Source of the DNA: Camelus dromedarius
Lineage: Eukaryota
NCBI RefSeq assembly: GCF_036321535.1
Contig: NC_087436.1
Location: 101,682,001-101,746,000, forward strand
Direction: 5' to 3'
DNA: 64,000 nt
Position 1 is the first letter of the stretch. The number at the start of each line of letters is the position of its first letter. This document shows, piece by piece, positions 51,240 to 63,435 of this stretch. The translations under genes and the position numbers were made by a program. The notes under the pieces are model-generated. The model was not told the origin of the DNA, made no database searches, and saw nothing but the letters and a program-made list of their open reading frames with translations.

Positions 51240-52190
51240 AAAACTAGTTATAGAAATTTTAAAAGACAGAGAGTACCACCATATGAAAAGTGTAAACTTT
51301 GTGCATTAAAAGGCATGTTACAATTCAGAGTGTTGATAAAAAGGGGTAAATGATACATATATTTAACACAATTGATTAGTATGGTGATGCAGTAAAATCT
51401 AAAAATTTAATTAAACAAGTAATGGTCCAGCAGGAAAAAATGGGACAGGTTTTGAACAGAGATTTCACAAAAGCAAATGGCAAGACAGAAAGCAATGAAT
51501 AATAAATAAGAAACAAATACATGTAACATTTAAATCTTAATAATAAAAATCTATAAGTAGAAACACACTATTTTCAACTCTAATACTTATAATTTTTAGA
51601 GTTAAATAACAATACTAATCATATTTATCTTTTTAGGATGTAGAGAGAGTGAACCTACTTATATTCCTGGTGACAATAAAATTACTACAACTCGTGTGAG
51701 AGCTACAAATCTGTTAAAACCTTACATTTTTGCTATTCTTGACTTCATAATTTAATTTCAGGATTTCATCTTAAAATTATACCCAGAAATTATAATTAAG
51801 ATATATATGTAAACAGAAATGTAGATCACAGTTGTATATTCATGAAATACTGAGAATCCAAATTACCTAAAAGAACAGAATTATAAACTACTCTTTTAAT
51901 AGAGCAATGAAATAGAATATAATTGTGCAGACATTAAAAATTTACTATTGTGGTAAAAATGCTCACAATATGTTTATAAAAGAAATAACACTTTGCATAG
52001 TTGAATGTGGAGCGTGGTCTGAATTTTTAGCAAAGTAAAGTACATGCAAACATTCACATGTATTATAGTTTCTTCAAAAAAAAAGATTGAAGGAAATAAT
52101 GTAGAATGGTCATAATTGTTATTCATTTTGAGACTTCTGGAAATTATTTTCTTCTTTATATTTTTCTGTATTTCTCACTTTTCTAAATAA
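51240..52190 (+). mobile_element. Very old L1ME-like ORF2 end and 3'UTR
   Basis: aaaaaatgggacaggttttgaacagagatttcacaaaag and aggatgtagagagagtgaacctacttatattcctggtg. End tatttttctgtatttctcacttttctaaataaaa. Confidence 0.6.
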
Positions 52191-52559
52191 AATCCTGTTA
52201 CTCTCAAAAAGAGCAACAAATAAACAAATAAGTGCGTAATGCTGTAAAGAAGAAATTATTTCATCCCGTATTATCATTTTTATTATGAATTTGAGTCATT
52301 TTGAATTGTTAACAATAGGTTAAGAGTGAGCCTTTAAGTCAAGAGCACAGGGTTTCAAAACTCCTTCCAAGACACCAAATAACAGTTTTAGATAAAGACT
52401 TAATTCCAAACCAGCAACTCTAGTGTATTTCTGTTTCTATTTTCTCTTTGTCATTTCCACTGAGTTTTCTACTATACGGTGCATTTATCATTTTAATTCA
52501 CATGTACTCCACTTCTGAATATTATTTTTATGTGATGATGTAGTTTTGATGCCCTATTA

Positions 52560-52790
52560 CCACCCCTCTTCCCAAATCTTGAGTAGGATCTGGTGACATT
52601 CAATGGTAATGCCAGTGTCTCTAAGTTCAAAATACTTCTTTCTTTTTCTCTGTTGCATTTGGATCTGTTGACCACTGTGTCCTCAAACATTTCTTAACTT
52701 TTTCTTCCGAATGCTACTCTCTTATTTTTCCTCATAATATCCCTCCGATTCTCCTTTGTGGATGGTTTCTCCTTTTTCTTCTTCTACTTG
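52560..52790 (+). mobile_element. L2 internal fragment
   Basis: tctctgttgcatttggatctgttgaccactgtgtcctcaaacatttct resembles L2 ORF2. Confidence 0.45.
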
Positions 52791-54329
52791 TTTACTTGCT
52801 CACCTGTTACTTGTAGAAAAGGGCAGCTTGTTGGCAGCATAACCTAGGAAAACTAACAAATCAAGGCTGTGAAATGCTACAACGACTTGCAACCAAAACC
52901 AATGCAAAAATTATGAGTAGATAGCTTTCCCTTTTCCAGTTTTTAGGTTTCTTTCGGTGGAACGATGAAATTGGGAGAACTAGGCGAAGCAATTCAGACT
53001 TACAAGTATTAACTTTTCTTGCTCTGTGCACAGATGATATAATGAATGAGCAGGACCTGAGGGTTGCAGGCTCTTCACAATACCACTTAAGTCTCAGTCT
53101 TCATGAGCTGATTTAATGAATACTACAGACTGAATGCCAGATGACCCCATAAGGTGATGCCCTTCCAGGAATGAATGTTTTATTCATTCGCATGTAACAT
53201 GTTCTCATTATAACATCTGCAGGATTAGGAGGGGATCTCTCAAGTGAGGCAGCTAAGAATTGTGGCTGCCACTTCATTCTCAAATCTACTAAAATTATAT
53301 TATTTGTTTCCTTCATTTTTGTCATCAAACCCCCAAATCCTACAATCTACAAAAATCATATCACTTTCATTCATCTGCTGAATTATCTGTCTTAATACAT
53401 TCAATTAATTCTAACACAACATAGAGAATATTTCAATAATCACATCCTTTTTGCTTCTTTTAAAAATCATTTCCTTTTTGGATCAAAATTACTCTAATCT
53501 TTCTCCTCCTTATTTGGGTCTTTCTAATTACTTTAAAAATATTCTGCAATGAAGAAAACAAACTGCTTTTCATCAGATTTATTTCCTAATTAATAATTTA
53601 CATCAGTCACTTAACTATTGTTTTCTTTCCCCTATATTTCTACTTAGCTTAATTTTCTTGACTTTGTATACTTTATGTTAGTTAACACTAAACACTCAAT
53701 GTTGTAAGTAACACCAGTATAATAATAACTCCAGTCTTGACCTGATATGTTCCTCTGTATTGTGGACACTTCTAACTGAACATGTTGGAAGTGAATCAAT
53801 CAGGTACTCATTCTGTAGGATAATATGATAACTCGAGTTCTTGATATCAGGAAGTAAAATAATTGGATAAAGTAATTAACAAGGTAATGTTTAGAAGTTC
53901 TACTTGACTTCCATATCAATCTCTTATTCTAAATTAACCTAGGTGATACTTTAATATGATAAATTCACTCAAGAGTTAAGTGAACTAGTTAAGTTCAGCT
54001 CTAGTTAAGTTCTAATCACCATGTGCTCTTCTGTCACCTGCTAGGGATTAAGGGAGATCTGCCACTTTGAACTTGGTTTGTAGATACATATTGTATGTCA
54101 TTGTAGATACATAGTCCAGATTCACTAAATAGGAATCATCTATTTTCTTTTTTTTTTTTTTAAATGTGTTGTTCATGCCATGATTAAGAGGAGCTAGGCA
54201 TAGTTATATTCCACTCTTTTAGGGTAGGGGGATCAGCTAGCTTGGTTCTAAACACAGGTTTCTCCACCGAGTGCCTATGTATACTTAATCACTTTGGCTA
54301 TACTGGCTTTATTGATATTTAATGACCCT

Positions 54330-54712
54330 TTTTATGATTAATTCTATGTGTTAACTTGGCTGGGCCACAGTTCTTGGTCAAATACTATTTTGAATGCTTC
54401 TGTGAAGTTGTTTTTTTCGACTGACATTAATATTTTAATCATTGGACATTGAGTAAAGCAAATTACCATGTGAGTGGCCCTTATCTGATCAGTTGAAGGC
54501 CTTAATAAAACAAATAATGACAAATAATGAGCATAAAGATATTCTGCTAGTTGACTGCCTTTGAACCCAAACTACAGATATGTCCGGGGTTGTCCTGTGA
54601 GCAAATTTCTCCCTTTTGCAGTTTTTCTCTCTCTCTCAATTTCTCCATTTCTTCCATAATTACATATACATGTGTATATGGGCTTCCAATCTATTTCACT
54701 TCTAGGAATACC
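54330..54712 (+). mobile_element. MLT2 (ERVL) LTR
   Basis: ttaattctatgtgttaacttggctgggccacag...tggtcaaatactattttgaatgcttctgtgaag...gagtaaagcaaattacc...atcagttgaaggccttaata. Confidence 0.8.
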
Positions 54713-55749
54713 ATGGTCAATTCCGAAGAGTAAATTTGGGCTAAATTTCTATAGAAGTCTGATAATCAGCTATCTATTATATAGACCATTTTTCAGTTAA
54801 CTACTTAATCACAAGAAAATGTAAATATTATGGAAGGAAGGCATGGTGAAATTGTCAAGAAGAAGACTTTTGACTAGCACTTTTGGAATGGGGGTTGGGG
54901 TTTAGAATAAAAATGTTTCATAGAATATTTTATGAACAAACCTGATTCTTAAGAGAATTGGCTAATACCTAAATTTATGAGTGCCATTAATCATTCTACA
55001 AAGTAATTATGACATTCTCAGTTTTCCTCAGGAAGGAGTTTTACTCAAAGTTGTACCATATTCCCTGAATAAAAATGTCATACGTGGCTTTAATTTCATA
55101 TGTGTATTGTCAATAGATTTCAAACTTTAAAAATTATTAAAAAATGCTTTTCTTTAGTCATGTGTTACAATAAAAATATATATAAATAATTAGTATCATT
55201 TAATAAAGGAAATAGTTCATATGATTAAAAAAGGAGAGAAATCAATTAGAAACTGAATGGTTTTATTTTCTACAAACTACAAACTGTTCTAGATGATAAC
55301 CATTATATTTTTTTGTAAGGAAGCCTTATTCTTCTCATCTCATGAATAATGTAGTATTACACAACTCCTTCATGGGTGCTGAAAAAGGTATTAATTTTTC
55401 ATCATTTCTTAAATAGTTTTGGTTTTGATACCATAAGGATTGCAATACTTCCCTTTGGAAAAAAATTATCACAAACTTCAACTGTATCAAAAAAAAGTGC
55501 AAAAATTTCTGTATCTAGTTTAAGGCACTATATAAAAATAAAATAACAACAACTGATATTAATTATTTCCTTATTATGTATCATACATATTTTTATGTTT
55601 GAGGTATTCACAATTAAGCAGAATAATCTCTTCCAATAAGAAAATACAGGAAATTAAACCACATATAAAGCAAGTTAAATAGCATGTAAATCATATACAT
55701 GTTTTTTAAAGTAGGGATCGTGGGATAGAGTTGATGATGCTATTAATAT

Positions 55750-55870
55750 AAGAAGACTATGAAGAAAATTTATAAAAATTTTGATCAAATACCAAGATAA
55801 AGTGAGGGAGAAAACCATGTGGATATTTTGAGAAAGAGCTTTCTAGATAAAGGAAAGGCCACATGCAAAT
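55750..55870 (-). mobile_element. L2 fragment
   Basis: gtgagggagaaaaccatgtggatattttgagaaagagctttctagataaaggaaaggccacatgcaaa. Confidence 0.55.
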
Positions 55871-55880
55871 ATATTTATAT

Positions 55881-58210
55881 CTCATATACCATGACCAAAT
55901 GGGATTTATCTCTAAGGTGCAAGGATGGTTCAACATATGAAAATCAATTAATATAATACACCACATTAACAAAATAAAGGATAAAAATCACATGATGGTC
56001 TCACAAGATGCAGAAAAAGCATCTGATAAAATTCAGGAACTCTCAACAAATTTGGTGTGGAAAGAACATACCTCAGCATAATAAAGGCCACCTATGAAAA
56101 GCTCACAGCTAACATCATAAGCAACAGTAAAAAGTTGAACAACCTTTCTTTAAAATCAGGAACAAAATAGGATGCATGCTCTCACCATTTTTATTCGACA
56201 TAGATCTGGAAGTCCTAACCAATCAATTATAAATAAATAAAACACATTCAGATGGAAAGGAAGTAGTAAAATTATTTCTTCTTGCAAATGACAAGATATT
56301 ATAGATAGAAAGCCCTAAAGACTCTATTAAAAAAAGAGAAAACCTACTACAACTCATAAACAAATTTAGTGAAGTTGTATGTTTCAAAATCAACATACAA
56401 AAATCAGTTGGACTTCAATCCACTATCAACAAACTATCTGAAAAGGAAATTAGTAAAACAATTCCACTTACAGTAAAAATAACAAAATACTTAGGATTAA
56501 ATTTAACTAAGGATTTGAAAGGCTTGTAAACTGAAAACTACAAAACATTGATGAAATGAAATTTAAAAGACAAACCAATGAAAAGATATTCCTGTTCATG
56601 GATTAAAAGACAATATTGTTTGAATGTCCATTCTATGCAAAGCAATTTACAAATTCAATGAAATTTCTATTAAAATCTCAATGGCAGCTTTTACAAAAAT
56701 GGAAAAAAACAGTTATAAAATTCATGTGTAATCACAAAACACTCCAAGCAGACAAATCAATGTTGAGAAGGAAGAACACAGTAAGAGGCATCATATTTCC
56801 TGATTTCAAAATATAGTACAAAGCTATAGTAATTGAAGTAGTATTGTACAGACATAAAATCAGACCTATGGCAATGGGACTAAATAGAGAGTATGAAGAC
56901 AAATACACACATACATGGTTGACTAACCTTTGATGAGAGTGCCAAGAATACAAAATGGGGAAAGAATAGTCTTTTCAATAAATGGTGTTGGAAACTGGAT
57001 ATCCACATGCAAAAGAAAGAATTTGGACACTTATCTTACACCATACACAAAAATCATTTCCAAATGAATTAAAGACTTAAATGTAAGACCTGAAACTTTA
57101 AAAAAAATCTGAGAAGAAAACATGAAGGAAACACTTTATGACATTGGCAATAATTTCTTGGGTATAATAACAAAAGCATAGGCAACAGAAGCAAAAATTG
57201 AAAAGTACTATATCAAACTAAAAGCTTCTGCATAGCCAAGAAAGCAATCAACAGAATGGAAAGACAGCCTACAGAATGAGATAAAGTACTTGCAAGCCAT
57301 ATATTTGATAAAGGGTTCGTACTCCAAGTATATAAGGAACTTCTACAACTCAATAACAAAAATGTGATATCTCAATTTAAAAATGGGCTGAAGGCTCTCA
57401 TAGACATTTCTCCATAAAATATACAAATGGCCAACAGGTACATGTAAAGATGATCAACATCACTAATCACCAGAGAAATGCTTATCAAAACCATGGCAAG
57501 ATATCACCTCAACCGATTAGCTGACCGTTTTCAAAAACAAGCAGACAAACAAATAAGAATTGGTGAAGATGTAGAGAAACTGGAACTCTTGTGCACTGTT
57601 GGTGAGAATGTAAAATGGTGCCACTGGTTTGGAAAACAGTGTAGCATTTCCTTTAAAAACTATAAATAGAATTGCCATATGATCCAGCAATCCCACTTCT
57701 TTTGGGTGTATATTCAAAACAGGATCTCAAAAGATATTGCATACTGACTTTCATTGCAACATTATTCACGGTAGCCAAGTCATACAAGATGACTAAATGT
57801 CCACTGAAAAAAATGAATTAATAAAGAAAAGGTGGCATATGTATATATATACAACAGAATATTATTCAGCTTAAAAAGGAGGAAATTCTGTCATATGCTA
57901 CCACACAGATAAACCTTGAGAACATAATGTTACGTGAAGTAAGTCGGTCACATAGGACAAATATTGCATGATCCCATTTATAGATGAAGTATCTAAAATA
58001 ATCAAATACATAGAATCAAAGAATGCTAGAGGCTGAGGGAAGGAAAAATGGGGAGACTTTAACCAAAGACATAAAGTTTTAGTTCAGTCAAATGAGAAAG
58101 TTCTAGAGATACACTATACAACCCTGTAATTGCAGTTAACAGTACTGTATTGTACACTCAACAGTTTCTTAAGAAGGTGGATCCTATGTTAAGCATTTTT
58201 ATCAAAATAA
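55881..58210 (+). mobile_element. L1MA/MB-type element, RT domain to 3'UTR (decayed)
   Basis: ccatgaccaaatgggatttatctctaaggtgcaaggatggttcaacata...gatgcagaaaaagcatctgataaaattca, continuing through ORF2 and 3'UTR to gtggatcctatgttaagcatttttatcaaaataa. Many frameshifts. Confidence 0.93.
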
Positions 58211-58538
58211 GAGATCAAGGAAACGCCACAGAGGATTTAAGGACATCTTTACCTAAACAGCCACAAAGCCATGTAGCCCCACCCAAACAAAGAAACCATC
58301 TTTGAGAGGAACAGGGTTTGAGGAGAAATATGAAAGCCTGACAATTCTTACCTAGGGAGACCGAGCATTATTTAAAACGACTGTTTATATTATTTTTCAG
58401 CCTAATGTTAATGGATGGGACTGTAATGCTATTCTTTCTACACCCAGAAAGTTAGGGTTTCTATGATAGTTGTAGATAAAGAAACTACACTGTTGCTGCA
58501 CACCAAAGTCATAGTGTGAATAAATGTGAGACACCAGT

Positions 58539-58579
58539 ACACACACACACACACACATGCGCGCACGCACACACACACA
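58539..58579. repeat. (CA)n/(CG) compound microsatellite
   Basis: Alternating purine-pyrimidine tract: CA repeats, atgcgcgcacgc, then CA repeats. Confidence 0.9.
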
Positions 58580-59681
58580 TATCTTTACTTCAAAATCAAA
58601 AATTCTCTATATTCAAACTTAAGTAATCAATTTATGTTTTCACATAAAATAGTACAGTGGCAGGGCAGTGATCTAGTTCCTTCAAGTTCTAATAACTTTC
58701 TTTAAGTTGGATAATTTTGTATTTCAGTTATTCTGATAATTTATATTGCAGGAAAATGTAAACAAATGCAAATATCATTAGAAGACACTAAGCTGAGCAA
58801 ACAACTACTTAAAAATCACGATTATGGGTAATTGACATTTTCTATATGCAATAGAGAAGGTTGAAAAGTCAATCAAATGTAGTCGCAGTCAGTCTTCAGC
58901 ATTTTTTTTTTTTCCTGAACAGAGGTAAGAAATATCTAGTTTCTAATTCTAGTGGCATCTGGAGTCAGCATGGAGTTCTGCAGCTCATTAGAGTGCTCCC
59001 CTGTTTGGGAGGATTTTTTGGTTTGTTTGCTCCTTGATGCTAAGTTCAAGCGTTCATATTTCCTGCCTTGTCAGTATTGGTGTAATAGGTACTTCCAAAT
59101 TTGGAGTTTTGGCAGGCAACCAGGGTGGCGTTCGACTTCATTAGCAATAGAACATTTCACAAATTATCACTGATTAAGATGCCATTCCATCCACCTTGTT
59201 AACCTGTAACAAAAACTCAGCATTTTCTTTTCTTTTTTTTTTTCTTTCTTGGTGTTTGTATGTGAATGCTGAGGAGTTCAAGAATAGGAGGCAGAAAATT
59301 CATATTGTTTCCGTATCTGATGATTCTTTATAAAAAATAAGATTTGAATTTGAATGTAGAGTAGATTATAAAATCTGACCCTAATTTTCTGAGATGATTT
59401 CAACTTGAAAACAAGGAATATTTATTCTGTGATGAATAATGTGTTGATACATAATAAATAAATATTCACCACTGCATTTTCAAATTTTAGTACCACATAG
59501 AATTTATTTCAATCTCTGGAGATTAGAATTTAAGAAAGTTTTATTTCATTTGTATTCTAAGAATGATTCAGTGATTCAATCAGGAAGAATTTTATATTGA
59601 GATATATATTTTATAAATCTTTTATTAAAAATTATTTTCCATCTATGATTTTGTATTCTTATTTGTTTCTTATCCATCTAG

Positions 59682-59711
59682 TGGCGTCCCCAAATCCAAT
59701 GATGTATATAG
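59682..59711 (+). other. Candidate 30-nt exon (+ strand)
   Basis: ttttgtattcttatttgtttcttatccatctag|TGGCGTCCCCAAATCCAATGATGTATATAG|gtaagt. Strong sites, with a GC-richer core inside very AT-rich flanks. Confidence 0.35.
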
Positions 59712-60464
59712 GTAAGTGACAAATATTTTTAGTTGCAAATTATATTTTAAAACAACATAAGGTTCTCCATATTTCAATATCAATTGGTTTCATCATTCAA
59801 TTCCAAAACAGAATTTCATATCTAAATTAAATGATTATTTTGTATATTCAGAATTCATCTCAACAATATAAATCCATTCTAAAATATACATATATATGTT
59901 TAAAATGATAGGTACAGCAAAAGATTTCCTACCACATAGATGACTTAGCCCATTAATACAACCAATGTGCTGGATATATAATGGATGTATAATAGCCGAG
60001 TGGATAGTCTTTCCTATTATTATGTACAGTGAAAATAATCTCTGAGCATTAATATATTAAAATTTGGTTTGGTAATCTAGGTTGACTAGATTATTGTGGT
60101 ATAGATGTGTGTGTTGGAGGGCAGACTTAAATGCAAAAGAAATATAAGTAGAATTCACCTATATATCTATGCCAAAGGAAAGTAGAGAATAAATAGAATG
60201 CTAATCAAAAGATGAAACAGATAGAGCTTAAAGAAGGGCACAAGAAACATCAACCAGGAAAAGTAAAGAAAATGGGTTGTTCAGATTCTTTCCCCTTCCT
60301 CACCATCCACTGCAGATTCCATCATCTTTTATTTATTCATTTATCCCTAAATATTCTTACATCAGCCTCCATTTTTCCCATAATTAATTGCCAATTTTAA
60401 GCTATCTTGAACTTGCCATTTCTTGTCATGATGAAGTGACAAAGACAGAATTTACTTTCTCAGT

Positions 60465-61150
60465 GAAAGGGAACTCTCTTACACTGCTGATGGGGATGTA
60501 AATTGGTGCAGCCACTATGGAGAACAGTATGGAGGTTCCTTAAAAAACAAATGATAGAGTTACCATATGATCCAGCAATCTAACTCCTGGGTATATACCC
60601 AGAAAAGATGAAAACTCTAATTCAAAAATATACATGCACCTCAATGTTCATAGAAGCACTATTTATAATAGCCAAGACATGGAAGCAATCAAAATGTCCA
60701 TCAATAGATAATTGGATAAAGAAGATGTAATATACACATATTGGAATACTCCTCAGTCATAAAAAAGAGTGAAATAATGCCATCTGCAGCAACAGGGACA
60801 GACCGAGATATTATCATACTAAATGAAGTAAATCAGGGAGAGAAAGACAAATATTATATGCTATCACTTACATGTGGAATCCAAAAAAAAAAAATGATAC
60901 AAATAAACTTATTTACAAAATAAAAATAGACTGACAGACATAGAAAACAAATGTATGGTTACCAAAGGGGGAGGGGGAGGGGTAAATTTGGAATTTGGGA
61001 TTAACAGATACACACTACTATATATAAAACAGATAAACGACAAGGGCCTACTGTACAATGCAGAGAACTATATGTAATATCTTGTGATAATCTATAATAG
61101 AAAGGAATCTGATAATATATACATGTATAACTGAATCACTTTGCTGTGCA
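60465..61150 (+). mobile_element. 5'-truncated artiodactyl-type L1 lacking its poly-A end
   Basis: gaaagggaactctcttacactgctgatggggatgtaaattggtgcagccactatggag...gtataactgaatcactttgctgtgca, then similarity stops abruptly. Confidence 0.92.
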
Positions 61151-61154
61151 AACA

Positions 61155-61406
61155 AATGCAGACAAAATGTATGAAGTAAATATTTTCAGATTTTTGGAAA
61201 ACATACAAGATAGAACACTGATAAATGAAAAAAAAAACCAATTTGAACCATATGATTTTCCATCTTACTAATTAAACAAATTTTTTAGGCCAAAGTCCAA
61301 GGAAGTGAGACTCAGAAGAAGGCTAGTTATATTAATTAGTTGAAAAGGAGTTCGGACTTTAGGGAGGTCAAGGTGTCTAGAAATCACAGGGTAGAACCCA
61401 GATAGG

Positions 61407-61438
<32 letters not shown>

Positions 61439-63435
61439 ACAGAAAGAGAGAGAGAGAAAGCACTGGAGATACACAGTATCACAAGCAAACATGTGATTGC
61501 CTATCAGCACATGTTGTGAGGAAACTAGATCCAGGAAATGATCACTAAAGAGCAGGTAAAATAAAACTGGATATTATGCATTTCCCAAGAGTCAGAATGG
61601 AAAGATATCCTACCTAACACACACGGTTTCATGCAGAACATATAAAAGATTATTGCCTCCGTAGTGAGGCCACGTTAGCTCCAGAAAAACTGTCTGGACT
61701 TTCCCAAGAAAGCTGAAAAGCAAGCCTCAAAAGGTTAAAACTGTTTCCTAGTAACTCAACTACATTCTAGAACAAAGCCCAGAAATATTGATAAGAGCAC
61801 AGATAATTCGAGCAACCAGTCATGTAAAACTCACCTTTGGCATTTATTTTAAAAAATACCAGGCATGCAAAGGAGTAGAAAAATATAATGCATAGTAAGA
61901 ATAAACATCAATCAACTGAATCAGATTCCAAAAAGGTACACATAATAGAATAGGTAAAAAGTGTAATGTATACATACATGCATGATGTATACATGGTACA
62001 TGGAAAATATATTCAATATGTTCCAAAAATGTAGGATGTAAAGATGATACAGAGAAAAATAAAAAATAAAGATGAAACCCAAAGTGAACCTCTAGAGATA
62101 AAAATATAACCTCTAAAATAAAAAATAAAATGAATTGAATTAAAAGAAATTAGACACTGTAGAAGAAAAATATTACTTAATTTAAACATATCACAATCAA
62201 GAAATGGTAGAAAATGAAATATAAATTTTTTTGAAGTCTGTAAAGAATTAATAGAGCATCAGTGAATTATGAGCTATTAAATGTCCTGATACAATTGTAA
62301 CTCAAATATCAGGAAGAGAAGTGGGAACAATGGAGAAAATATTTGAAGAAATAAAGGACAAATTTTTCCAAATTTGATAAAAGTTATAAATCCAAAGATC
62401 CAAGAAGCTCAATGAATTTTAAGCATAAAGAAGAAGGAAAAAACAGCACCAAGGGACATCATAATCATTGCTTAAAACCAGTGATAAAAGAAAAAGCTTT
62501 AAAGCTGCAAGGGAAAAAAATATATGCACACAGGAATAAATATAAGAATGAGAGCAGATTTATTGTCAACAGTAATTCAAGCCAGAAAAAGGGAGAAGCA
62601 TCTTAAAAGTACTGAAAAATATGTCAAACTAGAATGTTATTTCAGCAAAATGTATTTTGAAAATGAAGCCAGAGTAAAGACCTGAGACATATAAAAATCT
62701 GAAAGGATATATCATCAACATCACTATTATCATCACTATGAGGAATGTTAAAGAAAGCCCTTCAGGGAGAAAGAAAACAGTAAGAAATTGAAATGGTGAT
62801 CTACAGAAAGAATAAAAAATGAAAATGGTTATGTGCAGATAAAAAGACACTTTCCTTATTTTTAAAATTACTTTGAAGGATAATTGTTTAAGCAAAATGA
62901 ATAACAACAATGTGTTGTGGGATTTATAACATATATGGAAGTAAAATGTAAGAAAACAAGTGCACAACATTCAGGATTATACTGTTTTAAGCTTTTGCAT
63001 TATACATAAAGTAGTATAATATTGTTTGAAGGGAGACTATGATACATTAAAGATATATATTTTTAAAATTCTAAACAAACTTTAAAATGATAAAACAGAG
63101 AGTTATAGATAATAAGCCAAAAATGAGATAAAATAAAATAAAATGAACTTAATCCAGAAGAAAACGAAAAGAAAAATGGGAAGAAAGAACAGAGGGAACA
63201 AAATGATAGAAATAGTAGATTTATACCAACTATATCAACAAATTCATCACGTATAAACAATCTAAACACCTCCAATTAAAATCCAGGAACTGTTGGAATG
63301 GATAAAAAAGACCCAAATATATACTGTCTCTAAGAAACCCACCATAAATATAAGACATTGATCAGAAAAAAGTAAATTGTTTGGAAAACAAACATCAATC
63401 ATAAGAAAGCCGGCATGACTAGATTAATATTAAGT
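61155..63435 (+). mobile_element. Old L1M (L1MC/MD-like) 5' region, ORF1 and start of ORF2
   Basis: ORF1-like aaaatatttgaagaaataaaggacaaatttttccaaatttgataaaa...ccaaagatccaagaagctcaatgaa. ORF2 start-like aatctaaacacctccaattaaaa...aagacccaaatatatactgtct. (CA)n/(GA)n near 61408-61456. Confidence 0.8.

Noticed and set aside
53973..54012. Repeated agttaagt / ctagttaagttc units with local palindromes
   Set aside because: Small local tandem duplication with no spacer structure; not CRISPR-like.
55881..58210. Reverse-transcriptase-like region as an active or domesticated element
   Set aside because: 5'-truncated, with numerous stops, frameshifts and an internal gap.
59115..59133. caaccagggtggcgt as a CTCF site
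   Set aside because: It needs a one-base gap to fit the core, so the match is weak.
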